Below, piece by piece: positions 43,736-55,639 of a stretch of 64,000 nucleotides of DNA. The stretch lies in the NCBI RefSeq assembly GCF_009914755.1, contig NC_060935.1; one strand, 5' to 3'. A program made the position numbers and the translations under genes. The stretch's first letter is position 1. Each line of letters opens with the position of its first letter. The notes beneath the pieces were generated by a model, which ran no database searches, was not told the DNA's origin, and worked only from the letters and a program-made list of their open reading frames with translations. This stretch comes from the human T2T-CHM13v2.0 reference genome, Homo sapiens.

Positions 43736-44019
43736 AAAACAATGGAAAGTTTAATGCCAGGTGCTAACAGGAAATCAGAAAGTGTGACATACATAAGTAC
43801 AATTTCCGTTGATGCTTAAGGCAGAGAGTGGAGGAGATGTACATTTGATAGAAGCATCACCTCTAGACTGAACCGCTGTTAGTAGGTATGAAATAGGATA
43901 CTTAGAAATATAGACAAGTTGTTTTTAAGGGTAAGGTATAAGGCTAAGACATACACAGCATCAGGAGAATCATTTGCTATGACAGCTCATTCTGGCCAAT
44001 GTTCAGTGTGAGTTTCAGT

Positions 44020-44530
44020 CATTATTTATTCATTCAACAAACATTAGGTGTAACACTTTACATACATCTATCATAATATAAATATTAATAGGGCACAGTT
44101 ACTGCCTGGATCACATCAGGATGGTAGAGAGCCAAACTGGGATATCACAATACTATAGAACTATTATAGTCAAACTATGAATTAATAGCTATCATGGCAG
44201 AGAAGAAATAGAAACTCATTTTGCCTGCTTGTCTATAGTATCTTGAAGAATGAGTTTGAGTTTATCAGTTGAGAAAGAAGGAACACATCCTAGGCAGAGA
44301 ATAATATAGAAAGTACCTAGAGATTCCTAAATTTATATTAATATTCATAAATTTTAGGAATATTAGGAAATTTAGTATGGCGTTCACACTAACTTGCAAG
44401 AGATGATGATGGATAGGGAAGTTCAGATTAAACTGTGAAGACTTGGTATGAAAGATTGGAGAATTCACATATAAATTGATATTTTATATTAATATAATAT
44501 TCAAAATGATCTTAAACGTCATGGAAATCT
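44020..44530 (-). mobile_element. L2 3' fragment
   Basis: ttattcattcaacaaacatt start; cttgaagaatgagtttgagtttatcag...catcctaggcagag. Confidence 0.6.
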
Positions 44531-46299
44531 AAAAATGAGAAGACTAGCATTAATTGTATTTGTATAAAATTTTCTCCTCCAGAAACAATTTACTCCGTAG
44601 AGAAAGAAAAAAAAAATAAACTCTAAAAATGAACTGAGTTCCCAGGAGAATTACAATATAAACACCCATTGCACTCTTGTTTCATTTCTTTCTCTTTGCC
44701 TGGCCACAAGGGAGTGTGCTGAATAAGAATATGCCACTTTGCCAGCCTTGCTTCTCTGCACAAATTGGAACTTGCCGGTAGAAAAAATAACTAGCAAGTC
44801 TGAGATGCCTTGTAGCTTTACCTATTGCCCAAATGTCTACAAATAAGGCTGAAAGTAGAATTGAATTAGATGACACAAATCTCAGCTCTACAAAAGTAGA
44901 TCATCTCCAACTAATGGCCAGACTAGCAACACCTGGCCCCAGGCAGTGATTATCCTATCTCCAACAGAAATAATGATTGTAAAATTTGGTTAATGGTTAA
45001 ACATTAGAAATACATAAAATGACCAAAAATAAAACAATAGTAAAATAAATTACTATAACTCTCTAAAGAGATATTACTCATAGTTTATTGCATGTTTGGG
45101 AAGTATTGTTAGCGATGTAAAAATGTTTAAGATGTAGATACTGAACTTAGAAATATTTATGTGTGTATTTGTGTATGTATAATATACACAATATACTGAC
45201 ACACACATGAAAATATACATATATTATAAACACATTGATAAAAATATTTGAGTAATAGAGTTACAGGTGATTTTAAAAATTTATATTCTTATAATAGAAA
45301 GAAAATAGATAGATACACACATACGTAGATCATAGATAGATAGATGATAGACAAACAATTGCTAGAGGATTAATAGAGACAAGGGGAAGACCTAAAGCAA
45401 TTAACTTTCAATGGAAAAATGTTATGAAAGAGAAAAGGGCTTCAACTAATAAAATGGGTTAAATCTAACATTCCAATTTTCTGAAGTCTGAACTAAATAT
45501 TTATTTTTGGAGCCATATGTCCAAGAAATGCTCATATGATATATGCAGTTATCCAGGGAATCAAGTTTGTGCAGAGTTCATTGAATTATGTGCTATGACT
45601 GTGTCAGTAAAAGTACATGTGAAATTATTTTTATCTTCAATTGTCCTCCCTTTAAATTATCCTTTTTTCTTCCTTTCATTCTTGAAAAATACATTTATTA
45701 ACACTTTTGTGTGTCAGGCACTAGGCTAAGACCCATAGTTAAATTGATAACGAGATATACAAAGTTCCTCTCCCCATACAAAGAAAAATTCAGGCTTCTC
45801 AACCGCTAACATGAGGTTGTCTTTCCCAAGACCAGTACAAAATGTATTTCAATGATCTAATAAGCAGCCTGGGCTAGAGAGAAGACACAATACTTCTTTG
45901 CTTAGATTAGCAGTAGCATGGACAGTTCCACCAGTACCAGTTATTTTTTCAAGGGGATCAGGAAAAAAACAACGATAACCGATAGATATTTGAGGTAGAT
46001 AAGCGTGTTGCTAAATGTTTTCAATCACATTTTTTTTCCCATGGCATGGTACAGAATCATTTCACAAGACAGAACTGAATCTCAGGGAAAAGTGTTATTA
46101 TGCAGAATTTCTCCACTTAGAAAACATAGATGATCCTTCAAATACACAATATTGAAACTGGCAGTTTTCAGAGCCACCTGAAAAGCACTGAAATGTTTTA
46201 CTCGTTATGGGTATTTTTGCCTTGGTGTGGCCTACTGGGGACCAAACAACTATTACAGTCAAGGACAATAATCTGATGCCACTCAGTCCCTTTACTGTA

Positions 46300-46510
46300 A
46301 CAGTGACTTTCCAGCAGCTTTCCAGCTTTTTCTCATTGGAGAGCACCGTACCAATAGAAAAGGCAAAGCTGGATGCGCCAGGAGGCAATCGCCCTCTTGA
46401 ACTGTGTAGTAATCACTTTCCCTTATATTTAATCCGGGTTAATATTGAGGCTCCTTTGTTAATGTTTAACTCCATGTTAGTGCTTCAGAAAGGCGGGCAG
46501 TGGGGGTAGC
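46300..46510. promoter_or_regulatory. Candidate enhancer/promoter-like element (HNF1-type palindrome, paired CCAAT boxes, GC box)
   Basis: GTTAATGTTTAAC 46458-46470, GTTAATATTGA 46438-46448, ATTGG 46335-46339, CCAAT 46351-46355, GGCGGG 46492-46497. Repeat-free and locally CpG-retaining. Motif evidence only. Confidence 0.35.
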
Positions 46511-49500
46511 ACAAAAGAGAGAAAAACAATTGTTTGACTTGCGACTTTCTTGGATCTGCAGAAATGTACTTAATTACCACTGAGGCAATTTATATTAAAA
46601 TAAGAGTGGGGAAGCAATTAAAAAAAAGCAGTAAGCAAAGAGGTAGGGCAAGGGGCAAAAGGCCAGTAGGACTTTAATCAAAGAGAAACAGATGCAGCAT
46701 TCTACTAAGAGATAAAGAACATGGGAATGAAGAAAAGGCAAAAATAGGCACAAAGTGCCAGGAGAAATGAAAAGTTTTCCAATGTAAATTATTTTATTTC
46801 CATTTCACATTTTTTTCTTTTGTCTCTGAAGACTAAAATGCCAATGACACTGAAAATAGCCCTGTTCCACAAGGTATTGCATTAATTTTGTGATTTCTTA
46901 AGGGTTTCTCCTTTAGAAAACCTGTTCTAAAAGCAGCTTTATTTTTACAGCGGAGAGCAGACTTTACAGTAATTCATCTCTTAAGACAATGCAACTAGTG
47001 GAAACAGCTCTGGGAAATATCCATGCGGTATGCTCAAGATTTGGGGTAACTAAGGATTTATCCTTTGGGAATTCAGGCCCAAAAGAATAGAAATTTTGGA
47101 AACAAAGATTTCAAACACTTATTAGACTTTCCTTGAATCTCTAAACAGGTTATACTAAATGTAGTCTAACCTTTTAAATGATTCCTATGAAGATGTATGA
47201 TTTCATTTTGTTGTAAACATAACTAGTCTAAGAGCAATTCCCTATAACCCAAGGCACTGATTTCTAGCTTAAAAATTAAAATAAAGATCTTCATTTTTAA
47301 TGCAAGTTGAAATATCAGTGGTATGACTCAAACTCAATATCTCTAATCAAGACTTAGGAACAAAAACAATATAAGTCAGCGGGAAGAGTTTTTTTTTTTT
47401 GTCTGTTTTTTATTCTTTTTTCATATTGTCTTGATTTCTCTTTCTTCATTATCTTTTCAGTATATTCATTTTCATGCTTGTTTTTTTCTGTATACCCCAC
47501 CCTTTTGGACACACAGACATATAAACTCACACATACTTATACCCACACTTTACTCCCAAAGGGGTAGGGCCCTGTATCTAAGTGGTTTCTACCAGAAGAG
47601 AAAAAAGAATTATAATCTAAGTGGAGCTCACCTCTTTTGGATTAGTAACTCCCAAGTAACTTGTCACTTGCACTGTGGTTAAATATAGCCTGCATATGGT
47701 TCAAAACATCTGTGATTTTACATTCATGCATAAATTATGTTGTACAGTAGAGTTATTGCAGAAAGCACCCTCCCATCACCATGGTTACTGATTCTTCCTG
47801 TAGAGTTCTCTATTCACATTTACTGTTAGTACAATCACAGAGTGAGTGGTAGAAAAAAATTTAAAGATATAATTTCACAAGCCAACAGGAGGATGTTTGG
47901 CAGTACTGGTAACTAGCAGGAAGTTAGCAGTGAAGTTGACTGATTGCCTTTACTTTCTTTAGGAAAGTTTTAACTTTGGGCACAAGATAAGTATTTTATA
48001 TAAATAATATAGAATAAAGTTAAGTATCATAAAATAGCCCCATCCTTAGAGAGTGGTCAAAAGTCCTTCCCTAGCCTTGAGCCTACCCAGGGCCTTTATT
48101 CACAGCTTTCTTTCTATTTCTAAACTTGATAGGATTCATGGCCATTTTCTTTTGGATTTGTTTCTTGATGTTCCTGCCTCAGTGTGCCTCAGTACTTAAC
48201 ACTGGTGATGTTAGGGGTAAAAAAAGGGCAGAATAGATGCTGTGTAAGAGAATGAATACTGCATTGAAATAATTAAACAAGATCTATGTCTTCGTAATTA
48301 TTCTCAGTATGAAATTTAGTTCTCTCCTTAGTCTTTCTGTCTAAAACCAGCTGGGTTTCCTTACTTCCAACAGAGAAGTGAAAGGTAAAACCAGTCACCC
48401 TACAGTGCTCCCTACTTCATCATTTAGATACACACACACATGCATGCACACAAACACACACACACTAGTGTCCTCAGTGGTAAGATACCCACCTCAGAAG
48501 ATAAGATAAGTCCACTGTGCAATGGGAAATTTTAAGGAGGTAAACTGAAGGGTAAGGTTAGCAAGAATTAGTTCAAGATTGAGAAAGCACAGCTTTAGAG
48601 TAGCTAATTTAAAAATAGAGTTTTATTTAAAATTTGAGCCCCGTGAACAGGGAAGGTATTTTCAATTGTGTTGCCTTTAATATAACAGATTCTATGTTTT
48701 GCACTGTAGTTGACAGTAACATATTACATCTAGAAATTAAGAGAGAGGGAAGAATTGTATCAAGAATCACTTTTGCCAGAGTGCACATTTTTAATGTTTG
48801 TTTATTGATTAATTACATGGAAAATTTCTCCCTCTTTCCTGTCTCATTTTGTATTCTTGTGTACACAGGAAACTTGAAATGTAGATAGAAACTTTTTTTC
48901 ATGTGCAGCTATGAACACACATAAAATAGACTCAAAGGATTGAGAAAGTAAGCAACACTGAAATTCACAAATAAACTGGGGAAGTTTGTAGAAAAAAATA
49001 CTTGAATATGAATCTTAAAAATATAAAAGAAAATTAGCATTAATTACAACTGGGCAGTTTATAAGAAACACCTATTAAAATGTATGGATAAGCTGGTAGA
49101 AAGGTAAACAGGATAAGTAAAAATGGGAACCCATAAAGAAAAAATGAAACACTGAAGTCGGATTTTATTTGGAAGGAATTTGCCAAATCCATTTAACTTG
49201 AGCCTCAGATTCACAACTTCAAAGGGAGTACGTGACCTGGCAGAATCTTGGGTCTACCTTTGTGAGAAGTCCAATAGTAGTCTGTCTGTCTGTCTGTCTC
49301 TCTCTCTTTCTCTCTGCAAAAGGACTACATCTGCAATGTCAGGATAGGTTAGACACAAACCTACTCTTTTCTCTGAAGACTCCAAGAAAACTTATCACTA
49401 TTAATAGTGGTTAGAAGTGAAGAAGAAAAATGTCTTTCCTATGAATCCATATTATAAGCCAATATTTGGACATAACTTCAATGTAAAACCACGCTATCTG

Positions 49501-49813
49501 CACGGTCTGAAAATCTGAAGCCACACTTGTAAAGTGGTTCCAGGCAAAAACATCCCTGGGCATATAGAGAAGCGAGCACATAGGATTTTTGTTTGGAGAA
49601 ACACACTTCTAACCTAGACCTTGAAAAAGTCTGACAAATAAAGTTCAAGAAATAACACCTCACTGTTAAACTTAAAAAACACCAAAGTGGGGGGAACATT
49701 GTAAATAAAAACTGTCATAAAAATAATAGGAAAATTATGCATTTGAACACTTCAGACATTGTAATGATCAGGAACCAAATATTAAGTAGGTTCAATATAG
49801 TTAAAGAACAATA

Positions 49814-50110
49814 GGCCTGGTGCTGTGGCTCAGGTCTGTAATCCCAGTACTTTGGGAGGCCGAGGCGGGCAGATCACGAGGTCAGGAGTTCAAGACCAGC
49901 CTGGCCAATAGGGTGAAACCCTGTCTGTACTAAAAATACAAAAAATAAGCTGGGCATGGTAGCACACACCTGTAATCTCAGCTGTTTGGAAGGCAGAGGC
50001 AGGAGAATCATTTGAACTGAGAAGGCAGAGGTTGCAGTGAGCCAAGATTGCGCCACTGTACTCCAGCCTGGGCAACAGAGCAAGACTCTGCTTCAAAAAA
50101 AGAAAAAATA
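49814..50110 (+). mobile_element. AluSg-like SINE
   Basis: gatcacgaggtcaggagttcaagaccagcctggccaa diagnostic. TSD-like aaagaacaata / aaagaaaaaata. Confidence 0.95.
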
Positions 50111-50917
50111 AAGATGGAAAAAAGATAATAAGCAATTCTAAAATGAGTAAGCATATATTTTTTAAAGTTTCAAGTAGAATTTTTGGAAATAAGAAAAACT
50201 GAAAATTTAAAATATCCAATTTATATACACATATATATGAAATGAATATATATATTTGAAAAGGCATCAAGTAGAGCTTTATAAATAAAACCTTTATCTC
50301 TCTTTGGCTCTCTCTATCTCTGGCTCTATCTATATATAATATTTATCTCATTTGTTCTGCCAATTCAGCAGATATATGTGTTTGTATATATATATGCATA
50401 TATATAATCTATATATATGCATATATTCATATTTATATCTGCTTATTTGACAGCAAAAACAAGAGAAATAGTAAAATGAAAGTCCAGAATAGGAAAGCTG
50501 TTAGATATGAAAGACAGAATATGAGGGAGAATATTTGAATAGGCAATGACTCACAATTTTTCATAACTAATGAAAAATGACAACCCAGGAATGCCTAATA
50601 AGGTAATCTATATATAAATACTTTGTAGTGAAACTAAAGATTACCAATAACAATCAGAAGATCTTAAAAGCTTTCAGAGATTAAAGATTTATTACCTTAA
50701 AGATAATTACACTGATAGTCGGCATTTCTAAAACAATCAAAACTTAAGAAAAATAATATCATACCTTAAATATGCTGAAAGGAAATCAAAGTGATGCTAG
50801 GATTGTAAACCCAGCAAAAGTAGCATTTGAAAATAAGAGTGAGAAAAATAAATCATTTTCAGACAAATAATACCTGCTTTAATATAAACAGATTATCACT
50901 GAAAGAAATTCTAAATG

Positions 50918-51020
50918 AAGGACAGGGATTTTTGTCTATGTTCACTGCTACAATTATATAAGCTAAAATATTGCTTGGAAAATAATAGGTTTTCAATAAA
51001 TATTTTTAATGAATTAATTC
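50918..51020 (+). mobile_element. Short L2 3' end inserted in the old L1
   Basis: aggacagggatttttgtctatgttcactgcta...aggttttcaataaatatttttaatgaat. Confidence 0.7.
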
Positions 51021-51196
51021 ACTAAGTAATAAGAAAATTCAGGTGGAAAGAAAATGATTTTACATGGAAGGTCTGAAATTTCAGTGAGAAAATAAAGACC
51101 AAATAAACTTGAAGACATGTAAATAAAACTAACAAATCCTGACTATATAAAACTAAAATGTTAGTGTTATGGACTCATAAAAATAATAAAAGAACT

Positions 51197-51864
51197 TGTA
51201 GTACAAAAGACCACCAGGATGGCTAACTAGTAGAAAGGAGAGCTTTGGGCAACATAGGTTTGCAAGCTGGATAGAGGACGTCTCTGGTGTGGGCTGAAGG
51301 TACTCTCTTCAAAACAGGGAAGGACAAGTTGGGTTTTATGCCTCACAGATCTGCATTACACAATAGAGTCATACATATTCAGCAGATTTGGTGAAAAAGC
51401 TAAACATACTTATGAGGAAAGCAGAGTGCACATGCAATGGGTAAGCATACAATGCAACATACATCTTAGGTTCACCTTAGGGCAGGGTTTTAGCATTAAA
51501 ATGAGGTGGAATGTGACTCTATATCAAAAGGCGAACTACAGGACACCAAGACAGCTTGTGCACAGCCTCTATAAGCTGGCCGAAACTGGCTTAAGGTCTG
51601 CAATTGCTTATCAGAAAAGAATGTTGGCAAGGCCAGTCATCTGTCCAATCAGAGTTGTTGTTTTCTGGGTTGTGAATCAGAGTTAGGATAATTTGCCTGA
51701 TAGCTCCTATTGTTAGTGAAAGTGTAGTTTTTCTTGTATGAATTTAGGAATTTGCCATGACAGCTGGGCCTGGAACCCTGGACCTATAGACAACTTTTTG
51801 TTTCTTTAATCTTAAGGTCAATCTTAGTTGTGGAAGCGGTACTATTTTGGCCTCTCATATCACA
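51197..51864 (-). mobile_element. MER39-like ERV1 solo LTR
   Basis: TG...CA termini. The reverse complement starts tgtgatatgagaggccaaaatag...actaagattgaccttaagattaaagaaacaaaaagtt, as in recalled MER39. 4-bp TSD AACT at 51193-51196 and 51865-51868. Confidence 0.85.
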
Positions 51865-52417
51865 AACTAAAAAACTTGGCCACAATTGTGTGCCATAATG
51901 TAGGTGGTCAGAATTAAAATATTGTATGTAGAGTCTTTTATTATTTAGATGTATAAGAATATGACTTTCTTCATATTTGATATGTGTACAATTGGAAATT
52001 TCTAGGGTCATCATTGAAAAACAGAGTACATAAAATCAACACTTGTATTAACAGATATAAAAGCATGGAATGATCATTGAATATTAATCAAAAAGAAAAT
52101 ATATTTGAAAGAAACAACAGAAAAAGAAGAAAAAGAAAAACATACATAAACATGCATGAAACAAGACAAACAGGGCAGAGCATTTCATGATAGAAATAAA
52201 TCCAAACATTTAAGAAATGCCAACAAATGTAAATTAACTCAGTGACCCAGATAAAAGACAGGCAGACTAGAAAAAAAAAATTCCAACTCTTTGTTGTTTA
52301 TAAGAGATTTAAGACATAAGAAAATAGACATGTAACAAGTAAAAAGATGATAAAAGAAACACCAGGAAAATATTAACCAAAACAAAGCTTGTGAAATGTT
52401 TCGATGAAAATAGAAGT

Positions 52418-53452
52418 AGGTCAGGGTTTTGTGCCCTTTGACCCTAATTCTGCACTAAAATTTAAGCTTTGTCTACCCATTATAGCCTTTAGTTGTTTTT
52501 GTTGGTGTTATTTACATACAATTTTGGTAATGAAAGATCTTCGAAAGTTTATTTTAAAATGTAAAGCTGTAATATGGACACCAGAGAACCGTAACCTATT
52601 TTGCAATAGATTCTTGAAGGTAACAGTGATAAATGCTTTGAACCATTTAAGAACCTGCTAACATATATTCAACTTTTCTGTAGTACTTCATTAGGAGGTA
52701 GTAAATATGTTTTTCAGAATAAATAATGCACACTCAAGCACAATAAAAACTATGCTAGTCTCTTTTATTTAGTTGTATTTTTATCTTACCTGTTTTATTC
52801 ATTTGAGTAGTACAGTAAATAATAGGTATTATAACACTTTTCATCAGACTCAATACTTCATACAACAGTAGAATATAAAGCCATAAACAATAGAAACCTG
52901 GGGAAGTTGACAAGTTGATTTTAGGGAAAGAAATAGCAATCTTATCTTGTCAGAACTGTTACAGTTAAAAACATGCCAACAAGTTTGTCATTTCTCAAGG
53001 CATTACATATGGTAGAAGAAAATCTCCTGGGTGTTAAATATAACTGGCATCTAAATTCAATGGTAATGTTTAAAGAGTAGTTTCTGAAGACCAGATAAAA
53101 TATGTGTACTCTGAAGACCTACTAAGTGCTCATGTATTATGTAATGTTTGTTGAGTAACTTCACTGTCGGTTGATTCAAAAGCCCCTAGCCTTTTATTTG
53201 GAATGTTGTTATTTATCCATTGGCATTGTTATTAAACTGTTGCATATGAATTTTAAAACTCCCCAAAAAGTTTGTATAGTTCAGTATACTATACAAATGA
53301 TTTAGTATACTGTGTCAGTTTGTATAGTATACTGAACTATACAAACTTTGTGGGGAGCTTTTAAAATGATTTAGTATACTATACCATTTACAAATGATTT
53401 AGTATACTATATCAGTTTGTATAGTTGTAGTATAATAAAGAAAAACATATCT
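52418..53452 (+). other. ~1 kb non-L1 insert in the L1 endonuclease region, origin unknown (possible old retrocopied 3'UTR)
   Basis: L1 EN homology breaks at gaaaatagaagt and resumes at caaggtaaaaaagcattagtagag. AATAAA at 53434-53439 near the right end. No clean TSD. Confidence 0.5.
53250..53367. repeat. Near-perfect inverted repeat (39-bp core arms, 38/39 identical, 21-nt spacer)
   Basis: 53259-53297 versus the reverse complement of 53319-53357. Extends through TTTTAAAA on both sides. Confidence 0.95.
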
Positions 53453-54779
53453 CAAGGTAAAAAAGCATTAGTAGAGCTAAATATAGTCAGTATACAATTG
53501 TCCAGGAAATTATGATAATTTTAAACTTACATGAATCTAATTATATAGATATAATATAGAGAGATTATACTATAATCCATAATGTCAGAGAACTACAAAG
53601 AGAAATAGTTAAATTAGTGTCAATTGGGAGATTCTCTCGACCCTCTCTCAGTAACTGATAGATCAAGCAAATAAAAATAAAAATCATGTGGCCAATTTAA
53701 AGAATATGATAAACTTGCTTTAATGAATTAATATAAAATGTTCTACCCAAATACTGCAGAATATACTCTTGTATTTCTTTCAATCAGATGTGTGCATTTA
53801 TTGTACTTGCCAACCTACTGGGCCACAAAACAACAAATCGCAACAAATCTGAACAAATTTCAAATGCTTGGTGTGATACAGAGTATAAAGATTGCTATCT
53901 ACTATACAATTATGTTAATAGTAAAAAAAAACTAATTAGAAAAATTTTTGATATAAAAAACACATGCATAAATAAGTTATTGGTCAAGGAAGAAATACAA
54001 ACAATAGTAATTTGATTATTTAAGACTTAATGATTACTAAAATATATCTATTCATGCTTGTGAGATACAGCTAAATGCTACTTGGAGGGAACATTTATTG
54101 TCTTGCATGCATGAGCAGAAAATTTTAAAAACACTAAAAATCTAAAAATTAGGAGGTTATGAAGTGAACAAAATAATATAAAAGAAAGTTAAAAGAGGAA
54201 TAGTGAAAGGAAAAGAAACTAATCAAATTCAAAAGAAACGTCCAGTAGGGAAGATAGTTACCCTGCAGGACAACAAATCTTAGACACCAGAACTAGTTTT
54301 AGATCAAACTTTAGAAACTAGAATAGATGATTTTTCATGAGTTTCAATCCTTTTAAGTTACAGTAGTAAGATATATTTTTATTTATGAAATCCAGCTTAC
54401 CTAATTGAAAACTGTGTGTTTGAACATCTTGTGTTCTCTCTTATGTTCAAAGCTATGCAATTTTTATAAGAAAATAGATATTTATAATATTTAATTTCCA
54501 AGTAACTAATGTTGTAACATCTTTGTTTAGACTTTATTTGCGTGTGTGTATTTATGTATGTATATAATGTATGTATATATATTTAATACTGTTTATTCCA
54601 TTTGATACTTACCAGCAACTAGTTAAATGCTTTGGGAGAAAAACACAGGAAGAGGATGGAGCAATAATGGATGGCAGTAAAGGCCAAAACACACCAGCAT
54701 TCTCAATGTTGTACTCAGAAATTAGAAAAAGAAAAGTTGAGATTATGAGTGCTTTTTCAAGACTTACTTACTTTTCACC

Positions 54780-54985
54780 ATTTTATTTTGAAATAATTTT
54801 TGACTTATGGAGGAGTTTCAAAAATAGTATAGAGAGTTCCCATATGCCCTTCACACAGCTTCCTCTAATGTCAAGAACCGTAACCATGGTAGCACTATTA
54901 CAACTAAGAAACTAACAATGGTACAAATCTAGTATCTTAACTGCAGGCTTTGTTCAGATTTCCACTGGTGTCCTTTTCCTGTACA
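54780..54985 (-). mobile_element. Old L1M (L1MC/L1MD-class) 3' end
   Basis: ttttattttgaaataatttttgacttat...aaaaatagtatagagagttcccatatgcccttcac...ggctttgttcagatttcc. Confidence 0.7.
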
Positions 54986-55639
54986 TGACTTTTATGATTT
55001 AAAAATAAAATTGGTAAAACTGTTCACAGATGTACCTTTGTAATTTGATCATCAATTGTATTCCTTCAATCAAGTGTACATTCATTGTGCCTACCATGTG
55101 CTAGTCTTAATCTTCTACATTTCTGTAGCTTATCATTATTTTTATTTATCATATGCTTCCTTTTTCATCTAGAGCATGCTGTTCCCAACAGACTGAATAA
55201 TGTCTTCATGTCTTTGATCAGGGTGCAAATACTTACTGTATAGAATACAGAATGGATTTTTCATGGTGCTGACAAAGTTTGTATGGAAGCAGTAGAAATC
55301 ACCCAAGTATGTAAAAGTGTGGTTCTTTATTCTTTTGTCTTTATTCCTTTGTGTAACAGGAAATGATCAGAACAATAAGAGCTCAGGAGCTAATATTTGC
55401 TTTAAAATTAGCAATCAAATATTATAGCATTCAATTTTTTAGAGAATTGCTTCATTTCCTGTAAATTCCCAGTTGCTACATGTGTCCACCATGTACTTTA
55501 CAATGACATTAGCCTGATCGTATTGTTTTGCTTCAAGTGTATAAAAGATGTTATGACTATATGCAAAGCAGGCTCCTGGGGTCAAATGTCTTTATTAACT
55601 GATAAAAGCTTTTTTTCTCCTGTAGATAACTAGACATTA

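Larger units (their letters stand above)
49330..54250 (+). mobile_element. Very old L1M (L1ME-class) 5' portion: decayed ORF1 and ORF2 endonuclease region with several nested insertions
   Basis: ORF1-like (aagatcttaaaagctttcagaga...ctaggattgtaaacccagcaaaagtagcatttgaaaataagagtgag). ORF2 EN-like (aaatattaaccaaaacaaagct, ctctctcagtaactgatagatcaagc, gcagaatatactctt, gagatacagctaaa). The 5' boundary is approximate. Confidence 0.7.

Noticed and set aside
53290-53425. Three copies of a 17-mer with spacers, superficially CRISPR-like
   Set aside because: The spacers are themselves copies or inversions of adjacent sequence, spacing is irregular, there are no cas genes, and the DNA is primate.
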